In this document: piece after piece, positions 1 to 10,256 of the stretch
Layout: the number at the start of each line of letters is the position of its first letter
How positions within the stretch are numbered: position 1 is the stretch's first letter
From: an uncultured Ruminococcus sp.
GTDB lineage: Bacteria; Bacillota; Clostridia; Oscillospirales; CAG-272
Assembly: GCA_964624685.1 (NCBI GenBank)
Contig: CAZUYA010000001.1
Location: forward strand, 7,744-71,743
Length of the DNA: 64,000 nt
Direction: 5' to 3'
The notes under the pieces: generated by a model
Database searches by the model: none
What the model was told of the DNA's origin: nothing
What the model saw: the letters and a program-made list of their open reading frames with translations, nothing else
Program-made: the position numbers and the translations under genes

Positions 1-351
1 GTTGTTTCAGCGGTACGCATTTTGTTGATGGGATTCCTTTTCGGCAGTGTTACGAGCTTCTATTTTTCTGTTGCGGGCGGGTTTTGTTCTTATTTGTTGT
101 TATTGGGAATGAAACAATTCGGGCAACGGTGCAGTTTTTTCGGTCTTTCCGTATTATCCGCCGCGGCACATAATACGGGACAGCTGTTGGCAGCGGTAAC
201 TTTGTTCGGACCGATGCTCTTGACCTCATATCTTCCCATGTTGCTGTTTGCGTCGATCGTTTACGGAGGAATTGTCGGCATATTATTGAATTTTTTAATT
301 CCGAAATTAAAGCCGCATACCGATCGGCTGTTGAACGGAGGAAATAGATGA
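1..351 (+). CDS. Gx transporter family membrane protein (heptaprenyl diphosphate synthase component I-like), 5' end outside window
   Basis: The frame is open from nt 1 to TGA at 349-351. The sequence is hydrophobic and TM-rich (FLFGSVTSFYFSVAGGFCSYLLLLG...). It overlaps the next gene (apbE) by ATGA, a pairing I recall as common. Confidence 0.6.
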   Translation, partial: VVSAVRILLMGFLFGSVTSFYFSVAGGFCSYLLLLGMKQFGQRCSFFGLSVLSAAAHNTGQLLAAVTLFGPMLLTSYLPMLLFASIVYGGIVGILLNFLIPKLKPHTDRLLNGGNR

Positions 352-1340
352 AACAATTGAAACGCTTGGTCGGGTTGTTCTTGATCGTTTGTTTGTTGCC
401 GGCGTGTTCCTCATCGGAGGAAAAGCAGAGTCGCTCCTTTTTTTTGATGGATACGGTCATTACGGTGACTTTATATACTTCACAGGATGCCGCCGAGCCG
501 ATTTTTTCCCGTTGCCGTGAGTTGTTGGAGGAGTTGGATGCGCTGTGGTCTCGTACTGTGCAGGAGAGTGATACGGTGCGATTCAATTCCGCTTCCGTGG
601 GAGAAAAAATTTCGGTAGATGCGCGTACCGTACAATTGTTACGCACCGCACTTCTTGTTTCGGAAGCCACCGACGGTGCGTTTGATGTTCGGGTAGCACC
701 TTTGATTTCCCTTTGGCAGAGTTGTGAGGAGACACAGACGCTTCCGACCGATGACCAGCTTTCGCAGGCTTTGAGTGAGGTTCACAACGGTTGTTTTTCT
801 CTATCGGAGGATGCTGTTGTTAAGGATTGCGCAACGACGAAATTGGATCTCGGTGGAATCGGAAAAGGAGGGGCAATATCCTATTTGATGTCTTATTTGG
901 AAACATGCAATCTGACTGGCGCGATGATTTCTTTCGGTAGTAATGTCGCTGTCATCGGCACAAAATCGGATGGTTCCGATTTTCGCATTGCTTTACGTGA
1001 TCCGACCAATGAAGATCGGTATGCGGCAATCTTATGCTTGTTGCCGGGGGAGATTTTATCGGTATCCGGTGACTACGAACGGTTTTATACGGTCGGTGAA
1101 CAAACGTATCACCACATTCTGAACCCCGAAACCGGCTATCCGTCGGATAGCGGATTGACTTCAGTCGCCGTCATTTGCAATGACGGCGCGACGGCAGATG
1201 CTCTTTCAACAGCCTTGCTTGTGATGGGGGCAGAGCGGGCTTTGGAACTCTATCATTCCGATGTGTTCGATTTTGAAGCCGTTTTGATTTCTTCCGACGG
1301 TACGGTGACTTTGACGGACGGATTGTCGGAAACTCCATAA
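348..1340 (+). CDS. apbE: FAD:protein FMN transferase ApbE, lipoprotein
   Basis: 330 aa. Has a lipoprotein-type signal (LIVCLLPACSS) and the ApbE-family motif LDLGGIGKGGA. The C-terminal TADALSTAL region is also typical. Confidence 0.9.
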   Translation: MKQLKRLVGLFLIVCLLPACSSSEEKQSRSFFLMDTVITVTLYTSQDAAEPIFSRCRELLEELDALWSRTVQESDTVRFNSASVGEKISVDARTVQLLRTALLVSEATDGAFDVRVAPLISLWQSCEETQTLPTDDQLSQALSEVHNGCFSLSEDAVVKDCATTKLDLGGIGKGGAISYLMSYLETCNLTGAMISFGSNVAVIGTKSDGSDFRIALRDPTNEDRYAAILCLLPGEILSVSGDYERFYTVGEQTYHHILNPETGYPSDSGLTSVAVICNDGATADALSTALLVMGAERALELYHSDVFDFEAVLISSDGTVTLTDGLSETP

Positions 1341-1351
1341 ATTCGGAACGA

Positions 1352-1400
1352 ATATGACGGAAGTTTGATTGTAAGGTCAAACTTCCGTCATATTTTTATC
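1352..1400 (+). terminator. Rho-independent terminator after apbE
   Basis: A 15-bp stem pairs atatgacggaagttt (1352-1366) with aaacttccgtcatat (1379-1393), followed by a T-run. Confidence 0.8.
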
Positions 1401-1437
1401 TTTTTCGGAATAGAAAGATAAAAAAGGGGGTGCTGGT

Positions 1438-2004
1438 ATGGAGTTGGAAAGATTGACAAAACGTGCATGTGTTGTGGAAGGGTATCAAGTACTTTTGCGT
1501 GCTGAAGCTGATGTTGTGTATCCGAAGGAGCGGGAGGTCATCGAATCGTTTTACAAGCGGTTGACAGAGAAATGTATGGCATGGGCGACGGACGTTCACG
1601 GAGCAGAGTTACGAAACCGTTTTTCAGCCGTGGATGAAAGCAGTGAAAGATCACGATTCGGAATACAGTCCTATCGGTTATCGGTTCGATGCGTCTGGGA
1701 GACCGAAGAACATGCGGCGATTCTGTGTGAATCGCGGTTGACCGGAACACGCGGCGAAAAAACGAACGGGTATCACAGAATGTCGCATGTTTGGAATTTG
1801 TCCGAACAAACAATGTTGCCGTTATCACAAATTTTCGGGTTGTTCGGTGAATGGAGTCATAAACGGAAATTGCCGTTTGTCCCGGATGGAATCTATCCGG
1901 AAGGTGAAAATTTGGTACTGTTTCGGAATGCACGAAACGGAGAATCGTTTTCCGAAATCAAATATCCTTTTCGAAACAATCAAAAATCTGATGAAAAGGA
2001 ATAA
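1438..2004 (+). CDS. Hypothetical cytoplasmic protein, no confident family assignment
   Basis: 188-aa ORF with a GGGGG RBS about 8 nt upstream of the ATG. No signal peptide or TM segment and no motif I recognise. It sits between the apbE terminator and the V-ATPase promoter. Confidence 0.55.
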   Translation: MELERLTKRACVVEGYQVLLRAEADVVYPKEREVIESFYKRLTEKCMAWATDVHGAELRNRFSAVDESSERSRFGIQSYRLSVRCVWETEEHAAILCESRLTGTRGEKTNGYHRMSHVWNLSEQTMLPLSQIFGLFGEWSHKRKLPFVPDGIYPEGENLVLFRNARNGESFSEIKYPFRNNQKSDEKE

Positions 2005-2031
2005 TTTTTTGAAAAAATCGACAAAAACAAC

Positions 2032-2060
2032 TTGTATTTGTATGGAAAATATGATATAAT
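2032..2060 (+). promoter_or_regulatory. Sigma-A type promoter of the V-ATPase operon
   Basis: -35 TTGTAT (2032-2037), a 17-nt spacer, then an extended -10 TGaTATAAT (2052-2060). Confidence 0.55.
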
Positions 2061-2153
2061 GCAAAATAGAAGTGTGAATATTTGTTGATGCGATCCTTTT
2101 CGCATGCTACAGACATTCTTCAAAATTATGATGAAGAAAGCGGATGGGGGATT

Positions 2154-2474
2154 ATGTCGAGAGAATCCATTCTAAAGATTCGTGAAACCGAACAGGTAGC
2201 CGAGGACATTGTGGAATCTGCCAAGGCGCAAGCACGTGAGATGCTTGCCGAAGCGGAACGACGTGGGGAGGCTTTATGCACACGGATTCAAACCGAGGTT
2301 ACAGCCGAGTGGGAACATACGATGCAACAGGTTGATGAGCGCACCGCGGCAATGACGGAGCGCGCCAAACAGGAAGCCGCGAATCTTGCCGAGGAATTGT
2401 GCAAAAATGCGACACTTCATCAGCGAAGTGCCGAAAAAATTGTAATCAGGGGGTTGATGTCGAAGTGTCGATAA
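2154..2474 (+). CDS. V-type ATPase small peripheral-stalk subunit (G/H-like)
   Basis: 106-aa charged coiled-coil protein (AEDIVESAKAQAREMLAEAERRGE...). It is the first gene of the ATPase operon. I chose the internal ATG at 2154, which has a GGATGGGGG RBS, over the ORF-track start at 2082. Confidence 0.7.
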   Translation: MSRESILKIRETEQVAEDIVESAKAQAREMLAEAERRGEALCTRIQTEVTAEWEHTMQQVDERTAAMTERAKQEAANLAEELCKNATLHQRSAEKIVIRGLMSKCR

Positions 2475-2479
2475 GTACG

Positions 2480-4507
2480 ATGAAACGCCTGACGGTTTTT
2501 GCCTATGACAGCGACGTTGATGCCTTGATACGGCGATTGATGTCTTTGCGATGTGTGCAGATCCGTCGGTCGGTTCCGGAACTCGAGGCGATGTCGTTGG
2601 AACGGATGGAAGCCGATCGGCAATGTGCTGAATCGGAAAAAAAAGTTGCGTTGATCCGAGAAGTAATGCCGTCACTTGCCAAATATTCTACACGCAAGCG
2701 CGGGATTCGACGCCGGTTGCTTCATGTAGATCGAGATCAATTTACGGCTGACGGAAAAGCGCAGATCGCATGGCAGACTGCCGAACAAGTAAAGGAACTG
2801 TTGCTGTTGCGGAAACAATTGGCTGAGGAACGCGCACGGGAAGAAGTTTTGATGCGTTCGCTCGTCCCATGGTTGGATTATGATGCTCCTCTTTGTGTAG
2901 AGAATTCGGCAAAAACGGTTACGGTGTTGGGAAGTTATGCTGGTAAAGTTGCTCCGAATACGGATCTGGAGACGGCGGGTGCCTATGTGGAAGATATTTC
3001 AGAAGATGAAAACGGAAAATATCTTGCCGTTACTTGCCATCGGGATGATGAAGAAGCGGTCGGTCGTGTGTTGTCCTGCCACGGTTTTATCAAAACGGCA
3101 TTTCCGGATATTTGTGAGACTGCACAGTCGGCGTATGACCGTTCCGAACGTCGTCTTGTTGAATTGGAAGAAGCGGATCTGAACACGGGTGATCGTTTGA
3201 TGGCATTGGCTGACAGATTGGATGATCTGGAAATTTTGCTTGATATTGAACAGACAACGGTGAATGTTTGCCGGCAAAAGCAAAAACTGTTCCGCACGCA
3301 ATACTGTGTTCTTTTGGAAGGTTGGGTTCCGTCCGAAAAATCCGATTCCGTGATTGCAGCACTCTCGGATTTTGAATGTGCAGGTGAGTTGGCGATGCCG
3401 GAGGACGGGGAGGAACCACCGGTTTTGTTGCGAAACGATTCTTTCTCTTCCACTTTTGAGTGGGTGATCGGGATGTATTCTTATCCGAAATACGGAACTT
3501 ATGATCCGACCGTTGTGATGAGCATTTTTTACTTTCTTATTTTCGGTATGATGTTTGCCGACGTCGGTTATGGTTTGTTGTTGGTTCTGGGGTGTTTTGG
3601 AGGTGTGAAATTACTCAACCCCAAACCCGGGATGAAACAAATGTTGTTGATGTTCGGTTATTGCGGTATTTCGTGTATGTTGATGGGCGTTTTGTTTGGT
3701 GGCTGGTTCGGAGATTTGCCGACGGCGATTATGGATAGCTTTATTTATCACGAGGAGGGCGTGGCACAGACAACACCGATCGGTCGGTTCTTTTATAACG
3801 GTTTGCTTTTCAACCCTGTGGAGTCTTCCATCAGTTTTCTGTTTGTTGCACTCGGTATGGGCGAAATTCATTTGATTGCGGGTATGGCAATCGGTATGAT
3901 GCAAACATGGAAAAGCGGGCGGCATCTGCAAGCATTGGGAACCACGATCCCGTTTTGGGTTTTGTTTGCCGGAATTGATCTTATGGTGCCTTCCGTGGCG
4001 GCGGGAATGATCTCGAACGAGCCGTTGCGTGCGGAAACTGCGGAACTGTTTGCAAAATTGTCCGATGTTGGTTTTTACATGCTGTTTGCCGGACTTGCCA
4101 TGATCCTGCTGTTGAATGGGATCGGACAAAAAAACTTTGTCGGATGGTTGATGAAGGGCTTGAGCGGTTTGTATTCTTTGATCAGCTTTGCATCCGATCT
4201 GCTTTCTTATTCGCGAATTTTGGCACTGGGATTAGTCGCCAGCGTGATTGCTTCGGTCATCAATATGTTGACGGGGTTAGGTTCCACAGGACCTATCGGT
4301 TTCTTCTTTATGTTGCTTGTCATGATATTGGGACATGCTCTCAATTTGGCAATCAATCTTTTGGGAACTTTTGTACATGCGGCGCGGTTGCAGTACATTG
4401 AATTTTTCGAAAAATTTTATGAAGACGGCGGAGAGCCGTTTACACCTGTGCTTCCTTCCGAGGAATATTCGGAGGATGTTTTGAATGTACCCAATGTAAA
4501 TCAATAA
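2480..4507 (+). CDS. ntpI: V-type ATP synthase subunit I (membrane a-subunit)
   Basis: About 675 aa. A soluble N-terminal half is followed by a polytopic C-terminal half with the conserved SYSRILALGL arginine motif. ATG 2480 follows the upstream stop at 2472-2474. Confidence 0.9.
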   Translation: MKRLTVFAYDSDVDALIRRLMSLRCVQIRRSVPELEAMSLERMEADRQCAESEKKVALIREVMPSLAKYSTRKRGIRRRLLHVDRDQFTADGKAQIAWQTAEQVKELLLLRKQLAEERAREEVLMRSLVPWLDYDAPLCVENSAKTVTVLGSYAGKVAPNTDLETAGAYVEDISEDENGKYLAVTCHRDDEEAVGRVLSCHGFIKTAFPDICETAQSAYDRSERRLVELEEADLNTGDRLMALADRLDDLEILLDIEQTTVNVCRQKQKLFRTQYCVLLEGWVPSEKSDSVIAALSDFECAGELAMPEDGEEPPVLLRNDSFSSTFEWVIGMYSYPKYGTYDPTVVMSIFYFLIFGMMFADVGYGLLLVLGCFGGVKLLNPKPGMKQMLLMFGYCGISCMLMGVLFGGWFGDLPTAIMDSFIYHEEGVAQTTPIGRFFYNGLLFNPVESSISFLFVALGMGEIHLIAGMAIGMMQTWKSGRHLQALGTTIPFWVLFAGIDLMVPSVAAGMISNEPLRAETAELFAKLSDVGFYMLFAGLAMILLLNGIGQKNFVGWLMKGLSGLYSLISFASDLLSYSRILALGLVASVIASVINMLTGLGSTGPIGFFFMLLVMILGHALNLAINLLGTFVHAARLQYIEFFEKFYEDGGEPFTPVLPSEEYSEDVLNVPNVNQ

Positions 4508-4533
4508 ATCAAAAAACAAAGGAGATTAAAACA

Positions 4534-5022
4534 ATGGGAATTATCAGTCAGATTATCGAACAAATTTTTACAGGCAATAATATTGCCATCCTCGGAGCGG
4601 CTTTGGCAGTTCTTTTACCGGGTATCGGTTCCGCAAAAGCAGTCAACATGGTTGCACGCGCCACTGCCGGTTTGATCAGTGAAGAACCGAATAAATACGG
4701 AAAATCCATGTTGCTTCAAGCACTGCCCATGACGCAGGGAATTTACGGAATGGTCATTGCATTTTTGATTATGGTATTCAGTGGTATCATGGGGGGGACT
4801 GCAAACCTTTCCGTGACGGAAGGCGGTTACTATCTCTTTTCGGCTTTGCCCATTGCTTTCGGCGGTCTGTATTCGGCAATCAAGCAGGGGGAAGTTGCCG
4901 CTGCCGGAATTGCCGTTTTGGCAAAACGTCCGGATGCGGTCGGTAAAGCGGTTATTTCAGCATCCTTTATTGAGCTGTATGCCATCTTGGCACTTTTGAT
5001 TTCGATTCTCTTGGTTCTGTAA
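4534..5022 (+). CDS. ntpK: V-type ATP synthase subunit K (16-kDa double-hairpin proteolipid)
   Basis: 162 aa with 4 TM segments. Closely resembles Enterococcus hirae NtpK as I recall it (LQALPMTQGIYGMVIAFLI; KQGEVAAAGI; IELYAILALLIS). GGAG RBS. Confidence 0.92.
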   Translation: MGIISQIIEQIFTGNNIAILGAALAVLLPGIGSAKAVNMVARATAGLISEEPNKYGKSMLLQALPMTQGIYGMVIAFLIMVFSGIMGGTANLSVTEGGYYLFSALPIAFGGLYSAIKQGEVAAAGIAVLAKRPDAVGKAVISASFIELYAILALLISILLVL

Positions 5023-5062
5023 AGCGTGAATGACGCACGACGACGGAAATGGAGGAGTCGGA

Positions 5063-5770
5063 ATGTCGATGAACGGACTGGAAAAAATCACCGGTAAGAT
5101 TCTTTCCGAGGCAAACACACGTGCCGAAGAGATTCTTGCCGACGCACGGGCAAAATGTGCCGATATGGACGCAGAATATGCTGAACGTGCGCAAAAAATC
5201 AAAGATTCTTTGTCTGAAGATGCGGCAAAAATCGGAATGGAACGTGTTTCTCGAGCAAAAGCAGAAGCGGAAACATACCAACGAAATTTGCTGTTACAGA
5301 CACAAAGCGATTTGATCGACAAAGTATTTGACGGTGCTTTGGAATGGGTTCGCCGATTGGAGCCGGCTCAGTACACCGAGTTGTTGACCGGGCTTCTTTG
5401 TGCGGCTGTTTTGGAACAAGTTGAGTCGGAGCGAGTTGCTTCGGCTTATGGGACAGAAGATGCGGTGATTCCCGCAAATTACGATGTCCTGATGAATCAA
5501 CGTGATCACGACAAATACGGTTCAACCGTGGTGGAAGGTGCAAAAAAGAAGTTGCACGGTCGAATTTCGGAGGAGTGGCTTGCAAAGTTGCGATTGGATG
5601 GAAGATCTGTTCCCATGGACGGCGGTTTGATCCTGCGTATGGATGACGTGGAGATCAATTGCACGTTGCCGCTGCTTTTTGCACAATTGCGGGCTGAATG
5701 TGAGACCGATGTTGCGCAGGCATTATTTGAAGTCAAGGGCAATTTCGGATCGGGAGCGATGCAAAAATGA
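5063..5770 (+). CDS. ntpE: V-type ATP synthase subunit E
   Basis: The N-terminus is a charged helix (LEKITGKILSEANTRAEEILADARAK), which is E-subunit-like. ATG 5063 has a GGAGGAG RBS. Confidence 0.85.
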   Translation: MSMNGLEKITGKILSEANTRAEEILADARAKCADMDAEYAERAQKIKDSLSEDAAKIGMERVSRAKAEAETYQRNLLLQTQSDLIDKVFDGALEWVRRLEPAQYTELLTGLLCAAVLEQVESERVASAYGTEDAVIPANYDVLMNQRDHDKYGSTVVEGAKKKLHGRISEEWLAKLRLDGRSVPMDGGLILRMDDVEINCTLPLLFAQLRAECETDVAQALFEVKGNFGSGAMQK

Positions 5771-6756
5771 CGGATTATTTATTCGGAAGTGCGCGTGTGC
5801 GTGCATTGGAAGGATCGCTGATCGGTCGTGATCGGATGATTGAGATTTTGCAAGTGCCGAATGAAACGGCGGCATATGAAGCGTTGGAACAATGCGGAGT
5901 CTCGCTTTGCCGTGATGCTGACGGGAAAGTACAACGTGAGGATACATTGTTATCTGTTTTGAAAAAAGCGTATCAAGCGGTCGAGGATGCGGTGCCGGAC
6001 GATGCCTTGCTTTCTCTATGGCGGTTTCCTTATGATTGCAATAATGTGAAAGCCGCTATCAAGGCGTTTTATCGTCGAATCGATCCCATATCCATGATGT
6101 TTGATTTCGGAACAGTGAGCGTCGATACTGTGATGGCTATGATTGCCGATGGAAATCCGAGAGAACTTCCGCCAGAAATGAAAAAGGCAACGGCGGAAGC
6201 CATGTCGGCTTATGCGAAAACAAAAAATCCGCAGTGGATCGATCTGTTGTTGGATCGTGCTTGCTATGCAGATATGTTGCATGTAGCTCAAAATGGCGAA
6301 AATGCGTATATTTTGCGATTGTTACAGTCAAAAATTGATTTGTTGAATCTGATGATGACGGTGCGTGTTTTGCGGATGCGAGAGAGTAACGCGGAAGCTT
6401 TGCTGACGGAAACTTTGCTCGCAGGCGGAAGTTTGCCGCAATCGTTTTGGCTGAAAGCGTTTGAAAACGGCGAGTCGTATTTGTGGAGCCGTTGGTCGGA
6501 AACCGCTTACGGAAGCAGTCCTTTTTTCGGAAACGGAACAGCGTGCGAGTTGTCTGTGATCGAACGTGCGACCGATAATTATTGGATGTCGATGATTCGT
6601 GAAACGAAGTTGATTCCTTTGGGAATCGAGGTGATTGTTTCATTTTTGTTGGCAAAGGAATATGAAGTTAAAAATTTGCGCATTGTGTTAGCCGGAAAAG
6701 CGGCAGGACTTTCCGTGGATACCATTCGTGAAAGGATGCGGGACAGTTATGTATAA
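5767..6756 (+). CDS. ntpC: V-type ATP synthase subunit C (eukaryotic d homologue)
   Basis: 329 aa. Assigned by operon position between E and F and by ATGA overlap with the E stop. The helical repeat protein is typical of subunit C. Confidence 0.85.
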   Translation: MTDYLFGSARVRALEGSLIGRDRMIEILQVPNETAAYEALEQCGVSLCRDADGKVQREDTLLSVLKKAYQAVEDAVPDDALLSLWRFPYDCNNVKAAIKAFYRRIDPISMMFDFGTVSVDTVMAMIADGNPRELPPEMKKATAEAMSAYAKTKNPQWIDLLLDRACYADMLHVAQNGENAYILRLLQSKIDLLNLMMTVRVLRMRESNAEALLTETLLAGGSLPQSFWLKAFENGESYLWSRWSETAYGSSPFFGNGTACELSVIERATDNYWMSMIRETKLIPLGIEVIVSFLLAKEYEVKNLRIVLAGKAAGLSVDTIRERMRDSYV

Positions 6757-7069
6757 AATCGGAATGATCGGTGATCGCGATACCGTGCTTGGATTTATGG
6801 CATTGGGATTTGTTGTGGAAGATGTTACGGATATCGAGGAAGCCGCAAAAAAATTACACTCCATGGCAAAAAGCGGTCAGTATGCAATTATTTTTGTGAC
6901 AGAAAATTATGCCATGCAATTGGAAGAGGAAATCGCACGTTACAAAGATGCATCGTTGCCTGCTGTGATTTCCATTCCGGGACAAGGCGGAAGTACGGGA
7001 TATGGGATGAACAATATTCGTTCTGCCGCCGAACGTGCTGTCGGCGCGGATATTCTGTTTAAGGAATAG
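6749..7069 (+). CDS. V-type ATP synthase subunit F
   Basis: 106 aa ([21 protein letters not shown]...IIFVTE), an F-subunit signature. It overlaps the end of subunit C by 8 nt. Confidence 0.88.
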   Translation: MYKIGMIGDRDTVLGFMALGFVVEDVTDIEEAAKKLHSMAKSGQYAIIFVTENYAMQLEEEIARYKDASLPAVISIPGQGGSTGYGMNNIRSAAERAVGADILFKE

Positions 7070-7088
7070 AAGAAAGGCTTGTGAAAAA

Positions 7089-8861
7089 ATGGTAGAAGGA
7101 AAAATTTTGAAAGTATCCGGACCGTTGGTGGTTGCCGAAGGAATGCGGGAAGCGAATCTGTTCGATGTGGTTCGTGTCGGTGCAAAAAAACTGATCGGCG
7201 AGATCATTGAGATGCACGGAGATCGTGCTTCCATCCAAGTTTATGAGGAGACTGCCGGCATCGGTCGCGGCGATCAGGTGATTTCCACAGGTGCGCCGCT
7301 GTCTGTCGAATTAGGACCCGGACTTTTATCAAATATCTATGACGGCATTCAACGACCGTTGGAGACGATGCGGATCAAAGTCGGATCAAATTTGACACGC
7401 GGGATTGATGAACCTGCATTGGACAGAGATCACGTTTGGCATTTTGAGGCAGCATTACAGTTTGGCGATCAAGTGAAACCTGGGGATATTTACGGAACGG
7501 TGCAGGAAAACGATGTTATTTTACACAAGATCATGGTACCGCCGAAGACGTATGGAACCATCGTGGAATTACGTTCCGGAGATTTTAAGGTGACGGATCG
7601 CATCGGTAAGATCAAGTATGCCGACGGAACGATCGAAAACATTACTTTGATGCAAAAATGGCCTGTACGTGTGGCACGACCGTATCAACAAAAATTGCCG
7701 CCGGTCGATCCGATGATTACGGGACAACGAGTGATCGATGCGCTGTTTCCGATTGCGAAAGGCGGAACTGCTTGCGTTCCGGGACCGTTTGGCTCCGGAA
7801 AAACCGTGGTACAGCATCAACTTGCAAAATGGAGTGATGTGGATCTTGTGGTTTATATCGGATGCGGAGAACGCGGAAACGAAATGACCGATGTGTTGCG
7901 TGAGTTTCCTGAATTGATTGATCCGCGAACCGGAAAATCTTTAATGGAACGCACCATTTTGATTGCAAATACTTCGGACATGCCTGTAGCGGCGCGTGAA
8001 GCGTCTGTTTATACCGGAATTACCATTGCCGAATATTTTCGCGATATGGGATATTCGGTTGCAGTCATTGCTGATTCCACTTCCCGCTGGGCTGAAGCTT
8101 TGCGTGAAATGTCGGGACGTTTGGAGGAGATGCCCGGAGAAGAAGGGTATCCGGCTTATCTGACCTCGCGGTTGGCGCAGTTTTATGAACGCGCCGGAAA
8201 AGTCGTATGTCTTGGATCCGACGGACGGCAGGGAGCTTTGTCTGCAATCGGTGCGGTTTCTCCGCAGGGCGGTGATATTTCCGAGCCGGTTACACAGGCG
8301 ACTTTGCGCATTGTGAAGGTGTTTTGGGGATTGGATGCTACCTTGGCATATCGTCGGCATTTTCCGGCAATCAACTGGTTGAACTCCTATTCTCTCTATC
8401 GTGACCGCCTTTCCGGCTGGTTTTCGGAACACGTATCCAAGCAATGGATGGAGTACACCGGCCGGTGCTTAAAAACGTTGCAATTGGAAGCAGACTTGCA
8501 GGAGATTGTGAAATTGGTGGGAATGGACGCGCTGTCTCCTTCCGATCGCTTGACGTTGGATGTTGCGCAATCCATCCGTGAGGATTTTCTGCAACAAAAT
8601 GCTTTTTTGGATGTAGATAGTTATACACCGTTGGAAAAACAGTTTGGAATTTTGCATTTGATCTTTACCTATGAGGATGAGGCTCGTCGCGCGATTGAGG
8701 CGGGCGTTGATATAGAGGATGTTTGTTTATTACCCGTACATGAGCGAATCGGACGTGCCAAATTGGTATCGAACGATTCTTATGAGCGGGAATTTGAAAT
8801 GATACGGACGGAAATTTCAGAACAGCTTGACCGTTTACGGACAGGTTTGGAACAAGATTGA
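7089..8861 (+). CDS. ntpA: V-type ATP synthase catalytic subunit A
   Basis: Has the Walker A motif GPFGSGKTV, and also [11 protein letters not shown] and [12 protein letters not shown] 7089 gives the canonical [15 protein letters not shown]-terminus. Confidence 0.97.
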   Translation: MVEGKILKVSGPLVVAEGMREANLFDVVRVGAKKLIGEIIEMHGDRASIQVYEETAGIGRGDQVISTGAPLSVELGPGLLSNIYDGIQRPLETMRIKVGSNLTRGIDEPALDRDHVWHFEAALQFGDQVKPGDIYGTVQENDVILHKIMVPPKTYGTIVELRSGDFKVTDRIGKIKYADGTIENITLMQKWPVRVARPYQQKLPPVDPMITGQRVIDALFPIAKGGTACVPGPFGSGKTVVQHQLAKWSDVDLVVYIGCGERGNEMTDVLREFPELIDPRTGKSLMERTILIANTSDMPVAAREASVYTGITIAEYFRDMGYSVAVIADSTSRWAEALREMSGRLEEMPGEEGYPAYLTSRLAQFYERAGKVVCLGSDGRQGALSAIGAVSPQGGDISEPVTQATLRIVKVFWGLDATLAYRRHFPAINWLNSYSLYRDRLSGWFSEHVSKQWMEYTGRCLKTLQLEADLQEIVKLVGMDALSPSDRLTLDVAQSIREDFLQQNAFLDVDSYTPLEKQFGILHLIFTYEDEARRAIEAGVDIEDVCLLPVHERIGRAKLVSNDSYEREFEMIRTEISEQLDRLRTGLEQD

Positions 8862-8874
8862 AGGAGGCAGTGCA

Positions 8875-10254
8875 ATGATACGAGAATACAGAACCATTGA
8901 AGAAGTTGCCGGTCCTTTGATGCTGGTCAGACAGGTAGACGGTGTTAAGTACGATGAACTCGGAGAGATCGAATTGCCGAACGGTGAAATCCGCCGATGT
9001 CGTGTGTTGGAAGTCAACGGACGCAATGTGTTGGTACAGTTGTTTGAGTCCGCGGCTGGAATCAATCCTGCAAACAGTAAAGTGCGGTTTACGGGACATG
9101 GTGTGGAGTTGCCTGTTTCCGAGCATATGTTGGGGCGGGTGTTCAACGGAATGGGGGAACTCATTGACGGCGGCGCGCGGATCCTTCCGGAAAAAAATTT
9201 GGATATAAACGGAACGCCCATCAATCCGGCAGCACGGTACTATCCATCCGAGTTTATTCAAACGGGAATTTCCACCATTGACGGATTGAATACATTGGTA
9301 CGCGGACAAAAGTTACCGATCTTTTCCGGTTCCGGACTTCCGCATGCCAATCTTGCCGCGCAAATTGCCAGGCAAGCCAAAGTCAAAAATCGGGATGACA
9401 AATTTGCGGTTGTGTTTGCCGCTGTCGGAATTACCTTTGAGGAAGCAGATTTCTTTATTTCCGATTTTAAGAAAACGGGGGCGATTGATCGTACCGTTTT
9501 GTTCATCAATTTGGCATCGGATCCCGCAATCGAGCGAATTTCCACTCCGCGTATGGCTTTGACTGCCGCCGAATATTTGGCATTTGAACGTGACATGCAC
9601 GTGTTGGTCATTCTGACGGATATTACCAACTATGCCGAGGCATTGCGTGAGGTTTCGGCGGCGCGAAAAGAAGTTCCCGGGAGACGAGGATATCCGGGGT
9701 ATTTGTACACCGATTTGGCTACCATGTATGAGCGTGCGGGCAGAAAAATGGGATCGAACGGTTCCATTACCATGATCCCGATTTTAACGATGCCGGAAGA
9801 TGACAAAACGCATCCCATTCCGGATTTGACCGGTTATATTACGGAGGGGCAGATCATTCTTTCCCGTGAAATGTATCGGAAAGGCTATTTGCCGCCGGTC
9901 GATGTTTTGCCGTCTCTTTCCAGACTCAAAGATAAAGGAATCGGCGAAGGAAAAACGCGCGAAGATCACGCCGCAACCATGAACCAGCTCTTTTCCGCTT
10001 ACGCACGTGGCAAGGAAGCCAAAGAATTGATGGTTGTTTTGGGTGAGGCTGCATTATCTCCGATCGATCGATTGTATGCAAAATTTTCCGATGCATTTGA
10101 GGCAGAGTATATCAATCAGGGCTTTTATGAGAATCGCTCAATCGAGCAAACTTTGGATCTCGGATGGAAATTGCTATCCATTCTTCCAAAGAGTGAGATG
10201 AAGCGCATCAAACCGGAAATGATTGAAAAATACTGGCCGAAAGAAAGTGAGTGA
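8875..10254 (+). CDS. ntpB: V-type ATP synthase subunit B
   Basis: N-terminus [16 protein letters not shown]; also has [33 protein letters not shown]. Confidence 0.97.
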   Translation: MIREYRTIEEVAGPLMLVRQVDGVKYDELGEIELPNGEIRRCRVLEVNGRNVLVQLFESAAGINPANSKVRFTGHGVELPVSEHMLGRVFNGMGELIDGGARILPEKNLDINGTPINPAARYYPSEFIQTGISTIDGLNTLVRGQKLPIFSGSGLPHANLAAQIARQAKVKNRDDKFAVVFAAVGITFEEADFFISDFKKTGAIDRTVLFINLASDPAIERISTPRMALTAAEYLAFERDMHVLVILTDITNYAEALREVSAARKEVPGRRGYPGYLYTDLATMYERAGRKMGSNGSITMIPILTMPEDDKTHPIPDLTGYITEGQIILSREMYRKGYLPPVDVLPSLSRLKDKGIGEGKTREDHAATMNQLFSAYARGKEAKELMVVLGEAALSPIDRLYAKFSDAFEAEYINQGFYENRSIEQTLDLGWKLLSILPKSEMKRIKPEMIEKYWPKESE

Positions 10255-10256
10255 CT

